From Candidatus Nezhaarchaeales archaeon (GTDB lineage: Archaea; Thermoproteota; Methanomethylicia; Nezhaarchaeales; WYZ-LMO8), in NCBI GenBank assembly GCA_038887515.1, contig JAWAKK010000002.1, positions 256,001 through 320,000 of the forward strand: DNA of 64,000 nucleotides. The letters are read 5' to 3'. Below are positions 10,391-20,169 of the stretch, piece after piece. The translations under genes and the position numbers were made by a program. The notes below the pieces were generated by a model that did no database searches, was not told the DNA's origin, and saw only the letters and a program-made list of their open reading frames with translations. Within the stretch, counting starts at the first letter, position 1. Each line of letters opens with the position of its first letter.

Positions 10391-12284
10391 CGAGCTTCTT
10401 TCACTGACGCCATATCCATCATTAAGGCCAGGGCAACTAAGGATAGCGAGGACCGTTTACCTATCGATAGCTAAGGGTCTTTACACAGTGCTTGAAGCGC
10501 CATGTGGGCTGGGGAAGACAGTATCTTCCCTCATGGGTGTCACACCATCTCTCCAAAGAAACCTAGCGAGGAGAGTTCTGTGGTTTACGAGAACAAATGA
10601 TGAAAGCGATAAAGTCATTGAAGAAGCGAAGAGGGTTAAGGACGTCGAGGGGACCTTACGAGGTATCTCCATAAGAGGTAAATCATCTTCATGCCCGAGA
10701 CTTCGTGGAGATAACGAAGAACTAACTCACTTAGCTTGCCGCGCATTGAGGGATGAGCTTCTTTGCTCATATCTAGACCAAGAGAAAATAGACTTATGCG
10801 CCAACCGCTTAAGCAGTCAACATAACTTAGTGACTTCCATAGATATAATTCAAAACGCCGTCAGCGATAAGTGTTGTCCAGCAGCCGTAATGAAGCGAAT
10901 CATACGTAAAAGCAACATAATAGCTCTAACATATCCTTACGTCTTTAATGATAACGTATACAAGGTCTACTCTAAGTTGCTGTTTCTCGACCCCACGGTC
11001 GCAATAATGGATGAAGCGCACAACATAGCAGAGTTGATGGTTGAATATAGGTCGAAGGTTCTTCGGTTAACTACTTTACACAGGTCAATCGACGAACTAT
11101 CAACGGTAAAAGTAGAATTAGTAAAGCCCCTCGAAGACTTAACCTTACTTCTTAAAAACTCGACCAAGAAGGCCTCCCCGCAAGGTATCGAGGTATCTAA
11201 GGATCAAATACTAAGGATGATAGCGAAGTACTTTAAGGACCCCTCAGTCTACATAAGCAAGCTGAAAGAAGTAGCCCTAGACATAATTAAGCTAAGGGCA
11301 GTGAAGGGCCTTACGATAAGGTGTCCAACATATTCTACTTACTCCTTCTTACGAGAAGCATTAGGCTCAAGCATTGATCATTTAATATGGGCACATCTAG
11401 ACTTCGAGAACGAAGTGCAAGTAGAGTTGAAACCGTTAACGTGTAACTTCTCATGGATCGCTCGACGATTCCACAGCGTAATATTCATGTCAGGCACGCT
11501 ATCACCTTTAATTGGATTCATCAAATCCCTAAGCCTAGACCCCACAAACATCAAGGCCATAAAGTACGTCAAGCCCAAGTACGGTCGCGTCATATTTATT
11601 GTAGATGCATCTGTATCGACTATACATAAAAATAGGTCTGAACAACTTTACAAGATTTTAGTATACAAGTTAAAGACCATTAGAGACGTTGTGGAAACGG
11701 GGCTGGGTATTTTTGTTCCTTCCTACAACTTCCTACGGGATCTTAAGGTTGCTGGACTAAGAGAACTAATGCCTGGCTTAACGTTAATTGACGACGGTAA
11801 AGGCCTCTCTAGTCTAAGTGTCTTTAACCGTTTTAGAGACTACATCAAGATGGGCGTTGATGTAACGCTGGTTTCGGTAATTGGGGGGAGGCTAGCTGAA
11901 GGAGTAGACATTTCAAGCCGCTTAATGCCCGTAGCGGTGATAGTTGGATTACCCATGCCAGAACCCACTCCATACAATTTAAGGAAAGTCGAAAAACTTC
12001 GTTGTCTAGGCTTTAAGAGACCTTACGAAGCTGTTTTCGTGGAACCAGCTATGAGGAAAGTATCCCAAGCCGTAGGTAGACTGATACGTAGCCCCTCAGA
12101 TGAAGCAATAGTAATTCTAATGGATAAGAGGTTTACAAAAGGCTCCATAAAAAGGTACATACCTAGATGGTTAAATTACGAACTCTACGTATCTGGTAAT
12201 CCAATATGTCTCCTTCAAGATTACTTTTTTCGCCTTAAACTTAAAGTACGTAAGGAGAACAAGGACCAAGAAGATGCAAGCTAG
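10380..12284 (+). CDS. xpd: XPD/Rad3/DinG-family Fe-S DNA helicase
   Basis: RPGQ Q-motif, EAPCGLGKT, Cys-rich FeS domain, DEAH, SGT, EGVD, QAVGRLIR. Confidence 0.92.
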   Translation: MLDDELLSLTPYPSLRPGQLRIARTVYLSIAKGLYTVLEAPCGLGKTVSSLMGVTPSLQRNLARRVLWFTRTNDESDKVIEEAKRVKDVEGTLRGISIRGKSSSCPRLRGDNEELTHLACRALRDELLCSYLDQEKIDLCANRLSSQHNLVTSIDIIQNAVSDKCCPAAVMKRIIRKSNIIALTYPYVFNDNVYKVYSKLLFLDPTVAIMDEAHNIAELMVEYRSKVLRLTTLHRSIDELSTVKVELVKPLEDLTLLLKNSTKKASPQGIEVSKDQILRMIAKYFKDPSVYISKLKEVALDIIKLRAVKGLTIRCPTYSTYSFLREALGSSIDHLIWAHLDFENEVQVELKPLTCNFSWIARRFHSVIFMSGTLSPLIGFIKSLSLDPTNIKAIKYVKPKYGRVIFIVDASVSTIHKNRSEQLYKILVYKLKTIRDVVETGLGIFVPSYNFLRDLKVAGLRELMPGLTLIDDGKGLSSLSVFNRFRDYIKMGVDVTLVSVIGGRLAEGVDISSRLMPVAVIVGLPMPEPTPYNLRKVEKLRCLGFKRPYEAVFVEPAMRKVSQAVGRLIRSPSDEAIVILMDKRFTKGSIKRYIPRWLNYELYVSGNPICLLQDYFFRLKLKVRKENKDQEDAS

Positions 12285-13448
12285 GATTAATGGTATTTCG
12301 ATCGGTATTGAAACCCTACTTATGAGGGCTACTAGCTCCTCTGTACCAATGTACTTTATCCTTCCTTCTACCATAGCTTTTTCCCAACACCTAGCTTCGT
12401 CAACGTACTTTAGGGACGAGAAGTTTGCGTAAATTATAGGATTAGCTATGAAATAAGCCGAGAACCTTATTCTCGATATTAGACCCAGCGGGCTTTTTAT
12501 ATATCCGACCGTGCCGTTATAAGCTAATTCAAGTCTTGCACCACTGAAGTATGTGAGATCCACTGGTAGCCACCCGACTCCAGGAAAGAAAACCATGCTC
12601 CAAGCGTGCCATCCGATACCTTTAGACCTATGAATGTAGTTACCTTTGTACGCAGTAACCTCTTCCGATATACTTAATTGAGGTATTCCTCCAAGCTGGA
12701 GGAACGATGGTATTCCAACGGCTCTGCACATAGTTATAAAGAGAATACTACTATCGTCGCAATCGCCAACCCTCTTTTGGAAAGTCTCATTCGGATATTG
12801 TGGACCTATAACATCTCTTACTTCTCGACTTAATGGGTAAGCCACGTTATTCTCTATCCATGTAGCAAAGGCATTCAGAACGTCGAAGACCTTATCAAAG
12901 CTTCCAGCAAGCTCGCGTGAAAGGTCGTAAATTTCACCAGGTATTGGCCATTCATTATTGACGTAGAAGTTCGTAAGCCCTGAAGGTACTTCGTTTAATG
13001 AAGCGTTTCTTATGTTTCCTATTGGTGCCTCGAGACTTACAGTCCTTTGAATTATCGTGACTCTAAAGTATAGAGTTAAAATACTGCCGTTCTTTAGGTC
13101 ATTAGGTGTAAAGTCGAATGCCAGTACTGCATTACCATTCTCATCAGAAGTTAAGGATTTTCGAGCCACCTCTTTGCCGTCGATTAAACATAAGGCTTGT
13201 TCGAGTAATACCGTCTGTCTCGTAGTGTTTGGGAAGATGACGAGCTGGTTTATATCTTTGACGTCACTAACGTCCCCCTGAACTGTGAGTGTTATGTTGT
13301 ACCAGTACCTGTAGTAAGCGAGCACGCTTCTTTCACTTGATACAAGAACTCCTTGGTGAGCGGTGAAGAAGTGTGCTAGGAGGAACACAACGGCTGCAAG
13401 TAGTATGATGTGTTCAATCCTCGATCTCATCTCTTCTTCTTCTCTCAT
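12171..13448 (-). CDS. Cell-surface transglutaminase-like (papain-fold) protein
   Basis: N-terminal signal, GDCDD (Cys), HAW (His), PVDLT (Asp), C-terminal TM anchor. Confidence 0.88.
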   Translation of the reverse strand: MREEEEMRSRIEHIILLAAVVFLLAHFFTAHQGVLVSSERSVLAYYRYWYNITLTVQGDVSDVKDINQLVIFPNTTRQTVLLEQALCLIDGKEVARKSLTSDENGNAVLAFDFTPNDLKNGSILTLYFRVTIIQRTVSLEAPIGNIRNASLNEVPSGLTNFYVNNEWPIPGEIYDLSRELAGSFDKVFDVLNAFATWIENNVAYPLSREVRDVIGPQYPNETFQKRVGDCDDSSILFITMCRAVGIPSFLQLGGIPQLSISEEVTAYKGNYIHRSKGIGWHAWSMVFFPGVGWLPVDLTYFSGARLELAYNGTVGYIKSPLGLISRIRFSAYFIANPIIYANFSSLKYVDEARCWEKAMVEGRIKYIGTEELVALISRVSIPIEIPLILACIFLVLVLLTYFKFKAKKVILKETYWITRYVEFVI

Positions 13449-13512
13449 AGATATCCTTAAACCTTTTTCCTCTTCTTCTTTCTCCTAGAGAAGTCGGCTA
13501 CGGTGATAGGTA

Positions 13513-14262
13513 TTGACAGTCAGGGTAGGTTGCTGTGGTTGGGCAGTCAAGGGAGGTATGAGGAAGTATTTTGAAGTATTTGACCTCATAGAGCTACAGT
13601 CAACCTTCTATAAGTTGCCGTCAGCAGAAACCGCTAAGAGATGGCGTGAGGAAGCCCCTTCAAACTTCACTTACACCATGAAGGCGTGGCAGGCATTGAC
13701 TCACCCGCCATCGAGCCCAACATGGAAGAGAAGTGGTCTTAAAATATCGAATGCAGATTACGAAAAGTACGGTCTCCTAAAACCTACAAGTGAGAACTAT
13801 CAAGCTTGGGAAAGAACTATTGAGATAGCTAAAGTATTGAGATGTCAAGTATTAGTACTACAAATGCCTCCATCATTTATCAAGTCTAGCGAAAACGTAC
13901 ACAACATCAGTACTTTCATTAATAGCGTTGAAAGACCTCGAGGATTGGTGGTAGGAATCGAGTTTAGACATGAGAGCTGGGATCCAGATACCATAAAGAA
14001 GTTATGTGAAGAGCTAGATATCATTCATATAGTCGATCCGTTTAAGCAAGTTCTCGCATCAACCTCAAGCCAAGTTATATACTATAGACTTCATGGACTA
14101 GGTAAGAGGGCATACGTGTACGATTACAGTATAGAAGAACTAAAACAACTCTACGAGAAATGGGTCGAGCCCTATAAGGAAGATAAGACGGTCTACGTGC
14201 TATTTAATAACACTAACATGGCTAACGACGCTTTGGACTTCAGGAAGCTGGCGGCTATTTGA
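13513..14262 (+). CDS. DUF72 family TIM-barrel protein
   Basis: VGCCGW, ELQSTFY, QMPPSF, EFRHESW, YRLHG, VLFNN. Confidence 0.93.
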   Translation: MTVRVGCCGWAVKGGMRKYFEVFDLIELQSTFYKLPSAETAKRWREEAPSNFTYTMKAWQALTHPPSSPTWKRSGLKISNADYEKYGLLKPTSENYQAWERTIEIAKVLRCQVLVLQMPPSFIKSSENVHNISTFINSVERPRGLVVGIEFRHESWDPDTIKKLCEELDIIHIVDPFKQVLASTSSQVIYYRLHGLGKRAYVYDYSIEELKQLYEKWVEPYKEDKTVYVLFNNTNMANDALDFRKLAAI

Positions 14263-15622
14263 GGAACTTTTCTTCATAACTCTTTAAGTAGCTAACAGAC
14301 CTCTTAACATCAATGAACATCTCGTAAGCCTGTTTGACATCTTCGGCGGTAACGCTATCTCTCCCCCGGTATTTAGCTAATTCAAGTGATGGTGCGAGGA
14401 GCTGAACTGCATACCTTAAGGAGGTCTCAGCACCTATTCTCATCAATAGTTCCAAAGCATCGTCGCTAAGCTTCACGTTCTCTTCTTTAGCTCTAACCTT
14501 TATAATTTCTCTAACCTCATCTTCGGTATAGGGCTTCATCTTTATGATAAGCAATCTATCTAATATATCAAGAGGAATTCCGTGAGGTGCCTCTACGTCG
14601 GTACCTCTTATTCTAGCTATACCTCTGTTAGTTGCTAAGACTATTATTGGTGCTAGTTCGCTCTCCATAGCCCTGCCGAGGTAAGCAAAGGCTTCTAGGT
14701 CGAGCATGTGTACATCGTCAATAAATAAGACGCCTGGTATTATCTCTGCTCTCCCCTCGTCAACCCACTCCTTAACCATCCTATCGACTTTTTGTCTCTC
14801 TTCAGGCGGAATCTCTTTCTCTTCTCTTCCTCCAAATAAGAGGCTAAATATGCTCGAGCTAGTGCTTCTAGCATAAGCCACGTCGAGTTGATGTAAGGTA
14901 ACTGTGTGGACGAACTCTTTATCCTTAACTATGAGTCCGCTAGGTAGAGGAACTTTTTGTGAGACTTCGATGTCGTATTTAAACTCTGAAGGTGCTTCTT
15001 CGCACCTACCTAGTCTCGTAACGCGCCCGGTCTCTGCATCTATCCATATAACATCCCCAAGTTGTACTCCCTTTGAAACTAACTCTATTGCTACAGACTC
15101 GTCAACGTTGAACGTCCTTTCTTCGACCTTTGTCTTCAACTTAATTCTGGCACCTGTAGGAATCTGTTGATATGGGTTGTAGGGGTGCCTCCCTGTCTTT
15201 ATGTCTAGTTCAGTTACCATGCCTTCATAGACCTTTCTCACTTCTCTGATCCGAACGCCTATCGCCTTCCTAAGAGCTTGCATAATGAACTCGGATTTTT
15301 TTAACTCTGTGGAGTAAACTTCCGAGGCTGATATTGCTAAGAAGGGGACGTCCTCTCCCAACTCTTTAGCTATAGCTGAAGCAAGTGCAGTTTTTCCCGA
15401 GCCAGGAGGACCAACGAGCAGTATGCCTCGCCCAGCCATTTTCCCTCTTTTAACCATGTCCACGACTATAGCTGCAGCCTCTCTAGCCTCAATTTGTCCG
15501 ACCATGCCGTCAGCTACTGGGATAGCCTTACCGTTTCTAACTCCGAGACCTTTTATGTGGCTATGGGCACCTATTCTCTCAAATCCACCAACAGGTACAA
15601 CTCCAGAAGACATACGACTCAA
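14255..15622 (-). CDS. tip49: TIP49/RuvB-like AAA+ ATPase
   Basis: RIGAHSHIKGLG, GPPGSGKT, GVLFIDDVHMLD, ATNRG, TSLRYA. Confidence 0.97.
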   Translation of the reverse strand: MSRMSSGVVPVGGFERIGAHSHIKGLGVRNGKAIPVADGMVGQIEAREAAAIVVDMVKRGKMAGRGILLVGPPGSGKTALASAIAKELGEDVPFLAISASEVYSTELKKSEFIMQALRKAIGVRIREVRKVYEGMVTELDIKTGRHPYNPYQQIPTGARIKLKTKVEERTFNVDESVAIELVSKGVQLGDVIWIDAETGRVTRLGRCEEAPSEFKYDIEVSQKVPLPSGLIVKDKEFVHTVTLHQLDVAYARSTSSSIFSLLFGGREEKEIPPEERQKVDRMVKEWVDEGRAEIIPGVLFIDDVHMLDLEAFAYLGRAMESELAPIIVLATNRGIARIRGTDVEAPHGIPLDILDRLLIIKMKPYTEDEVREIIKVRAKEENVKLSDDALELLMRIGAETSLRYAVQLLAPSLELAKYRGRDSVTAEDVKQAYEMFIDVKRSVSYLKSYEEKFLK

Positions 15623-15653
15623 CCTTCAGGCACCTTTACTTCCTGAAAGTTAT

Positions 15654-16346
15654 TTAGGCGAACTCAGCTAAAATGATATCGAAAGCATCAAAAAGGTTGC
15701 TCACACTTCTCTTAAGCTTTACTCCATTCCTAGCTACATGTATTGCAGGGATACCGACGCTTAAAGGTCCTAAAACATCGGCTTCCACGTTGTCTCCAAT
15801 GAATAATGCTTTAGAAGCACGTGATAGTTTTAAAGCCATCAAATACACTAAAGGGTGAGGTTTGCGGACACCTATTTTAGCTGAGGTCAGTACATTGTCT
15901 ACATAGTTCAGAAGCCCTAGCTTTTCAAGGGAACCGAAAGCCATAGAATGATCAGGAGAATTAGACACCACTACAACGGTGAAACCTAACCCTTTTAGCT
16001 CCTTTAAGAAGGCGATGGCATCGTAATACGCCATTCGCGTTTCCACGTATTGCTTAACGAAGGTTTCCCTAAACTCTTCGAGAAGGCTTGCGTTCGACGT
16101 CAAGACTTTTTCTAGGACAATTTTTAACATAGTCTTTAAGCTAACCTCTATCATTAACTTTTTCTTGATGATCTTCATTCCGTCGTAAACCTTGTTAAAC
16201 TCGCTTTTAAGTTTCATAGCAAGATGATCGCCGAACTTTGACTTCAAGTTTTCACTTTTAAGCGTGTAATCGAAGACCTCCCTAATTCGCGGACCGTAAA
16301 TTAAGGTACCGCCCAAATCGACCAATATGCACGTGGACACAAACAT
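15654..16346 (-). CDS. HAD-superfamily hydrolase
   Basis: DLGGTL motif I, VSN, KPHP, IGDNVEADV. Confidence 0.9.
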   Translation of the reverse strand: MFVSTCILVDLGGTLIYGPRIREVFDYTLKSENLKSKFGDHLAMKLKSEFNKVYDGMKIIKKKLMIEVSLKTMLKIVLEKVLTSNASLLEEFRETFVKQYVETRMAYYDAIAFLKELKGLGFTVVVVSNSPDHSMAFGSLEKLGLLNYVDNVLTSAKIGVRKPHPLVYLMALKLSRASKALFIGDNVEADVLGPLSVGIPAIHVARNGVKLKRSVSNLFDAFDIILAEFA

Positions 16347-16358
16347 ATCCCTCGTCTT

Positions 16359-16419
16359 TGTCAGCCCTGCGTGGGCTCTTCATTCCATATAGGTCCGCCC
16401 TTTTGAACATCATCATTAA
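16359..16419 (-). ncRNA. Box C/D methylation-guide sRNA
   Basis: Minus strand: box C ATGATGA (16416-16410), 12-nt guide TGTTCAAAAGGG, D' CGGA, C' ATGAAGA (16383-16377), 12-nt guide GCCCACGCAGGG, box D CTGA (16364-16361). TATA-like TTTAAGTA lies upstream. Confidence 0.88.
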
Positions 16420-16431
16420 GTTCCTATCACG

Positions 16432-16443
16432 TTAAATACTTAA
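16432..16443. promoter_or_regulatory. Probable bidirectional TATA element (C/D sRNA-HAD versus thiDN)
   Basis: TTAAATACTTAA between divergent units; the same 12-mer occurs, reversed, at 38903-38914. Confidence 0.5.
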
Positions 16444-16482
16444 AGCCCATGCTTTAAAGTTTCACTGTAGGGTGTATAGTTC

Positions 16483-17883
16483 TTGCAATTTATTAGGTTT
16501 CTAGGTACTCTTGAGCCTAAATGCGTACTAACAGTAGGCGGTCTCGACCCTACTACATGTGCAGGTGTGTACTCCGACATAAAGACGCTGAGCGTATTGA
16601 AGGTCTTACCCCTAGCCTTAGCAACATGCTTGGTCGTCGAGAACTCTAATGGGGTCAAAGAGATAGTACCGTTACCTCAAGAAGCCATACGCCTTCAACT
16701 TGACGCAATACTTGAAGATTGCATACCTAATGTAGTTAAGATAAGCTTGGTCTATAGTGGTGATGCAGTAGAGGCTCTCCTAGAAAGGCTCCCTAAAGAA
16801 CTACCTATCGTCTTAGATCCGGTGTTAAAGAGTTGGGACGGACGTGACCTAATAACACCTGAAGGGCTTGAGACGCTGGTCAAACGCTTACTTCCAATAT
16901 CTACAGTCGTAACGCCTAACGTCTTGGAGGCAAGTTTATTAAGCAAAGTAGATGTGCGCGATCTAGATACAGCTAAGGAGGCTGCGAGGAAAATAGCTGA
17001 CTTAGGGGCTAAGTGCGTTGTTATTAAGGGTGGCCATTTCCCATCTAAAAAGGTTATTGATATCCTCTATTACCATGGAGAGTTCTTAATCGTAGAGAAG
17101 GAACGTCTCTTCGAAGGTCCATTCCACGGACTAGGTTGTACTTTCTCCGCGGCCCTTGCAGCCTTTCTAGCTCACGGGCTAGACATTACTGATGCGTTTA
17201 TGAAAGCATCGCACTTCACTACCTACGCTATAAGGGGTTACTATAGGCTAAAGGGTAGAGCAAGCTTAGCGAACCCGCTCGAACTATACTACAAGTCTTT
17301 AGATGCGATTAAAGTTGTTGAAGAAGTCTATAGAGCCTTAGAAGTTATAGAGTCAATTAAGGGTATGGACGTCTTGACTCCTGAAGTAGGCATGAATATT
17401 GCCGCATGTCTCCGAAACCCTACGTCGCTTGAAGATGTGTGTGGCGTGGAGGGTAGGTTAAGACCCGTGAGGGGCTTCCTAAGAGCTCATGGATCAATAA
17501 TGTTTGGAGCTTCGAAGCACTTAGGCAGTATGTTGATAGAGGTCAACAAAAAATGGCCAACCATCAAGGCCTGCATTAACATCAAGTACTCTGAGGATGT
17601 ACTTAGGGTTATTAAAGAGTTAGGCTTCAGGGTAGCTTCGTTTGACAGAAGTAAAGAGCCTCAGGAAGTAAAGTCGAGGGAAGGTCTAAGCATGAAGTGG
17701 GGAGCGCAGGAGGCCATAAGGGAGTCGTCCGAGGAACCCGACGTAATATATGACCTAGGCGACGTGGGAAAGGAGCCCATGATAAGGGTCTTCGGAAAAG
17801 ACCCCCTCGACGTTGTTAAGAAGATAGAGTTGATAATCTCTAAACTGGGAGGATCCACATTACAGAAAACCTCTATCAACTAA
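16483..17883 (+). CDS. thiDN: Bifunctional HMP/HMP-P kinase + ThiN thiamine-phosphate synthase
   Basis: GGLDP, VLDPV, TPNVLEA, IKGGH, HGLGCTFS; ThiN domain PEVGMNI, FGASKH, DLGDVGKEPM. Confidence 0.95.
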   Translation: MQFIRFLGTLEPKCVLTVGGLDPTTCAGVYSDIKTLSVLKVLPLALATCLVVENSNGVKEIVPLPQEAIRLQLDAILEDCIPNVVKISLVYSGDAVEALLERLPKELPIVLDPVLKSWDGRDLITPEGLETLVKRLLPISTVVTPNVLEASLLSKVDVRDLDTAKEAARKIADLGAKCVVIKGGHFPSKKVIDILYYHGEFLIVEKERLFEGPFHGLGCTFSAALAAFLAHGLDITDAFMKASHFTTYAIRGYYRLKGRASLANPLELYYKSLDAIKVVEEVYRALEVIESIKGMDVLTPEVGMNIAACLRNPTSLEDVCGVEGRLRPVRGFLRAHGSIMFGASKHLGSMLIEVNKKWPTIKACINIKYSEDVLRVIKELGFRVASFDRSKEPQEVKSREGLSMKWGAQEAIRESSEEPDVIYDLGDVGKEPMIRVFGKDPLDVVKKIELIISKLGGSTLQKTSIN

Positions 17884-18582
17884 TATCCTCCTTAGGGCTG
17901 GATCTTTGGATGCAAGCCTCATTAATGCCTCTTCAATGCTCTCGTCAGGTTTAACGTCGTACTTCAAGTACACGCCAGTTTTACCTACTTCGTCCCTACG
18001 AGTTAATACTTTAACTCTTTCTTGGACGACATCCAAGCTGACTCCTACTCTACTCGCGGCATAAGCTTCTTTACCTATTATTGGCTCTTCGTAATGTCCC
18101 CTCAACGTAGGCTCTATTAACTTAAGTCTCTTATCTACTCCACACACCCTCTTACCCTCTTTGAGCTCGGCAAGGGTTAATTCGCCTCCGAACTTATAGA
18201 ACTCTCTTTCATGTCGCGTTAGGCTTGTTAAAGGAAACGTTATTATCGTCGCTTCGTCGAGGTACACGTGGGCCTTTACCGCGTGGGCCGGTGTAGCTTG
18301 AGTTAATAGCCGCTTAAAGGGCTTTACTCCCAGCTCGTCTAGGATTATTTCAATGCGGTACGACGGCACCACGTAGGGTACCACGATGTCTATGTCGCTG
18401 GTAGGACTTACATCACCTCTAGCGATGCTGCCATGAACTATTGGACTGAGCCCCAAAGCTTCTACCATCTCCATTACCTTGATGGCCTTACATCTAAGCA
18501 TTGAAAGCAGTTTCCAGTGGTCCCCGCTATAGATTACCTCTATCCTATCTCCAACCCTTACCGGCTTCTTCCTCCTGCTCAC
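17860..18582 (-). CDS. Predicted Pol-beta-family nucleotidyltransferase (COG2413-like)
   Basis: HGSIARGD...SDIDI motif, EFYKFGG, GVDKRL. Likely start is GTG at 18582 rather than 18777. Confidence 0.85.
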   Translation of the reverse strand: MSRRKKPVRVGDRIEVIYSGDHWKLLSMLRCKAIKVMEMVEALGLSPIVHGSIARGDVSPTSDIDIVVPYVVPSYRIEIILDELGVKPFKRLLTQATPAHAVKAHVYLDEATIITFPLTSLTRHEREFYKFGGELTLAELKEGKRVCGVDKRLKLIEPTLRGHYEEPIIGKEAYAASRVGVSLDVVQERVKVLTRRDEVGKTGVYLKYDVKPDESIEEALMRLASKDPALRRILVDRGFL

Positions 18583-18634
18583 AATCTTCTCGTAGGTAAG
18601 CAAACTATAATAACGTAACCTCTCACTTCGATAG

Positions 18635-19657
18635 GTGAGTATGCCATTAGGCCAGAGAACGATCATAGAGGTTCCTACGGACTGGCCGCTTATTGGCTGC
18701 ATAGCCTTTGGCGTAATAGATCGAGGCACGAACCTGATACAGGTGAGACCTTCGACTTCCTGCCCTCTATCTTGCATATTTTGCTCTACAGATGCAGGCC
18801 ATCTCTCGAGAAATAGACAGGCCGAGTATGTCGTCGACGTAGATCACATAGTAGAGTGGTTCAAAATAGTGGCTAGGTTTAAAAAATCAAAATTCCTCGA
18901 AGCCCACATTGACACCGTTGGAGATCCATTAACGTACGCTAGGATAGTTGACTTAGTTCATAGGCTATCTGAGATCCCCAGAGTAAAGGTCATATCCCTC
19001 CAAACGCACGGTCTACTTCTATCTTACAAGTTAATAAGCGATTTAGAAGCGGCCGGTCTCTCAAGGATAAATCTGTCCATAGACTCTCTCGATCCACGAT
19101 TAGCAAAAACGTTAGCTGGCACCCAACAATACGACTTAGAACACGTATTAAAGATGGCCGAAATGATATCCGGTAGCAAAATTGACTTACTGATAGCGCC
19201 TGTCTGGATCCCAAACCTTAATGATGAAGAGATACCGAAAATAATAGAATATGCCCTAAAGATTAAGGCTGGCAAACGCTGGCCCCCTCTAGGTATACAG
19301 AAGTACGTAGCCCATAAGTTCGGGAGAAAGCCCAAGGGAGTTAAGCCGATGACTTGGTTCAAGTTTTACAGGGAACTACGTAAACTTGAAGAACGATTTA
19401 AGGTGAAGCTAGTGTTGAAACCAGAGGACTTTGGAATAATCAAAGACGTAAAAATGCCAACGATACTTATGAGAGGCGAAAAGGTGCGACTTCAAGTGGT
19501 AGGTCTTGGATGGCTTAAGGGCGAGAAGCTCGCTATAGAGCCTCGCCGAGAGCGCGTGGTAACTCTCGTAAATGCTTCTTACATTGAAGTAGGATCTAAG
19601 GTGCCTGCTAGGATATTAACTTGTAGAGACAACATTTACGTAGCTGAACCTCTATGA
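18635..19657 (+). CDS. Radical SAM protein with C-terminal TRAM-like domain (COG2100-like)
   Basis: FGVIDRGTN, CPLSCIFC CxxxCxxC motif. Confidence 0.9.
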   Translation: MSMPLGQRTIIEVPTDWPLIGCIAFGVIDRGTNLIQVRPSTSCPLSCIFCSTDAGHLSRNRQAEYVVDVDHIVEWFKIVARFKKSKFLEAHIDTVGDPLTYARIVDLVHRLSEIPRVKVISLQTHGLLLSYKLISDLEAAGLSRINLSIDSLDPRLAKTLAGTQQYDLEHVLKMAEMISGSKIDLLIAPVWIPNLNDEEIPKIIEYALKIKAGKRWPPLGIQKYVAHKFGRKPKGVKPMTWFKFYRELRKLEERFKVKLVLKPEDFGIIKDVKMPTILMRGEKVRLQVVGLGWLKGEKLAIEPRRERVVTLVNASYIEVGSKVPARILTCRDNIYVAEPL

Positions 19658-20109
19658 ACCCAGCTCAAGTAAACGTAACTATAAGGAAAGCCGTACCTGC
19701 CGACTTTGCTCAAATAGTTAGCGTAGAGATCTCAAGTTTTAAGAGACCTTACCCTCCAGAACTGATGTTTTCCTTCCTATGTTTACATAGCGATACGTTC
19801 TATGTTGCTTTAGTAGGCGAAGAAGTTGTGGGGTACGTTGTAGGTGCCGAAAGGAGAGACGGGTGCGGGCACGTGTTGTCAATAGCCGTAAAGCCCGCAT
19901 GGCGGAGAAGGGGTCTAGGCTCTAAGCTGATGGATTCCTTATTAATGGCCTTCAAGGAGAGGGGTCTAAAGAAGGCACTCCTCGAAGTCGCGGTTTCCAA
20001 TACGGAGGCTATAGCCTTCTACGAGCGCTTATGCTTCAAGAAGGTTGCCTTACTTAGAGGCTATTATCCTTGGGGTGAAGACGCCTACTTAATGTCTAAA
20101 GAACTCTGA
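19654..20109 (+). CDS. rimI: RimI/Ard1-like N-terminal acetyltransferase (GNAT)
   Basis: GHVLSIAV...RRRGLG, LEVAVSN, YYPWGEDAYLM. Confidence 0.9.
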   Translation: MNPAQVNVTIRKAVPADFAQIVSVEISSFKRPYPPELMFSFLCLHSDTFYVALVGEEVVGYVVGAERRDGCGHVLSIAVKPAWRRRGLGSKLMDSLLMAFKERGLKKALLEVAVSNTEAIAFYERLCFKKVALLRGYYPWGEDAYLMSKEL

Positions 20110-20169
20110 GGTGCGTTCGCACTAAGCTTATTCCTGTGCTAAACAATAGTCTAATGGGAGTACGCTCAA

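Noticed and set aside
12171-12284. 114-nt convergent overlap of xpd and the transglutaminase-like gene
   Set aside because: Non-conserved tails; convergent 3' overlaps occur throughout this compact window.
18583-18777. N-terminal extension of the nucleotidyltransferase ORF
   Set aside because: It overlaps the conserved start of the opposite-strand radical SAM gene; GTG 18582 is more plausible.
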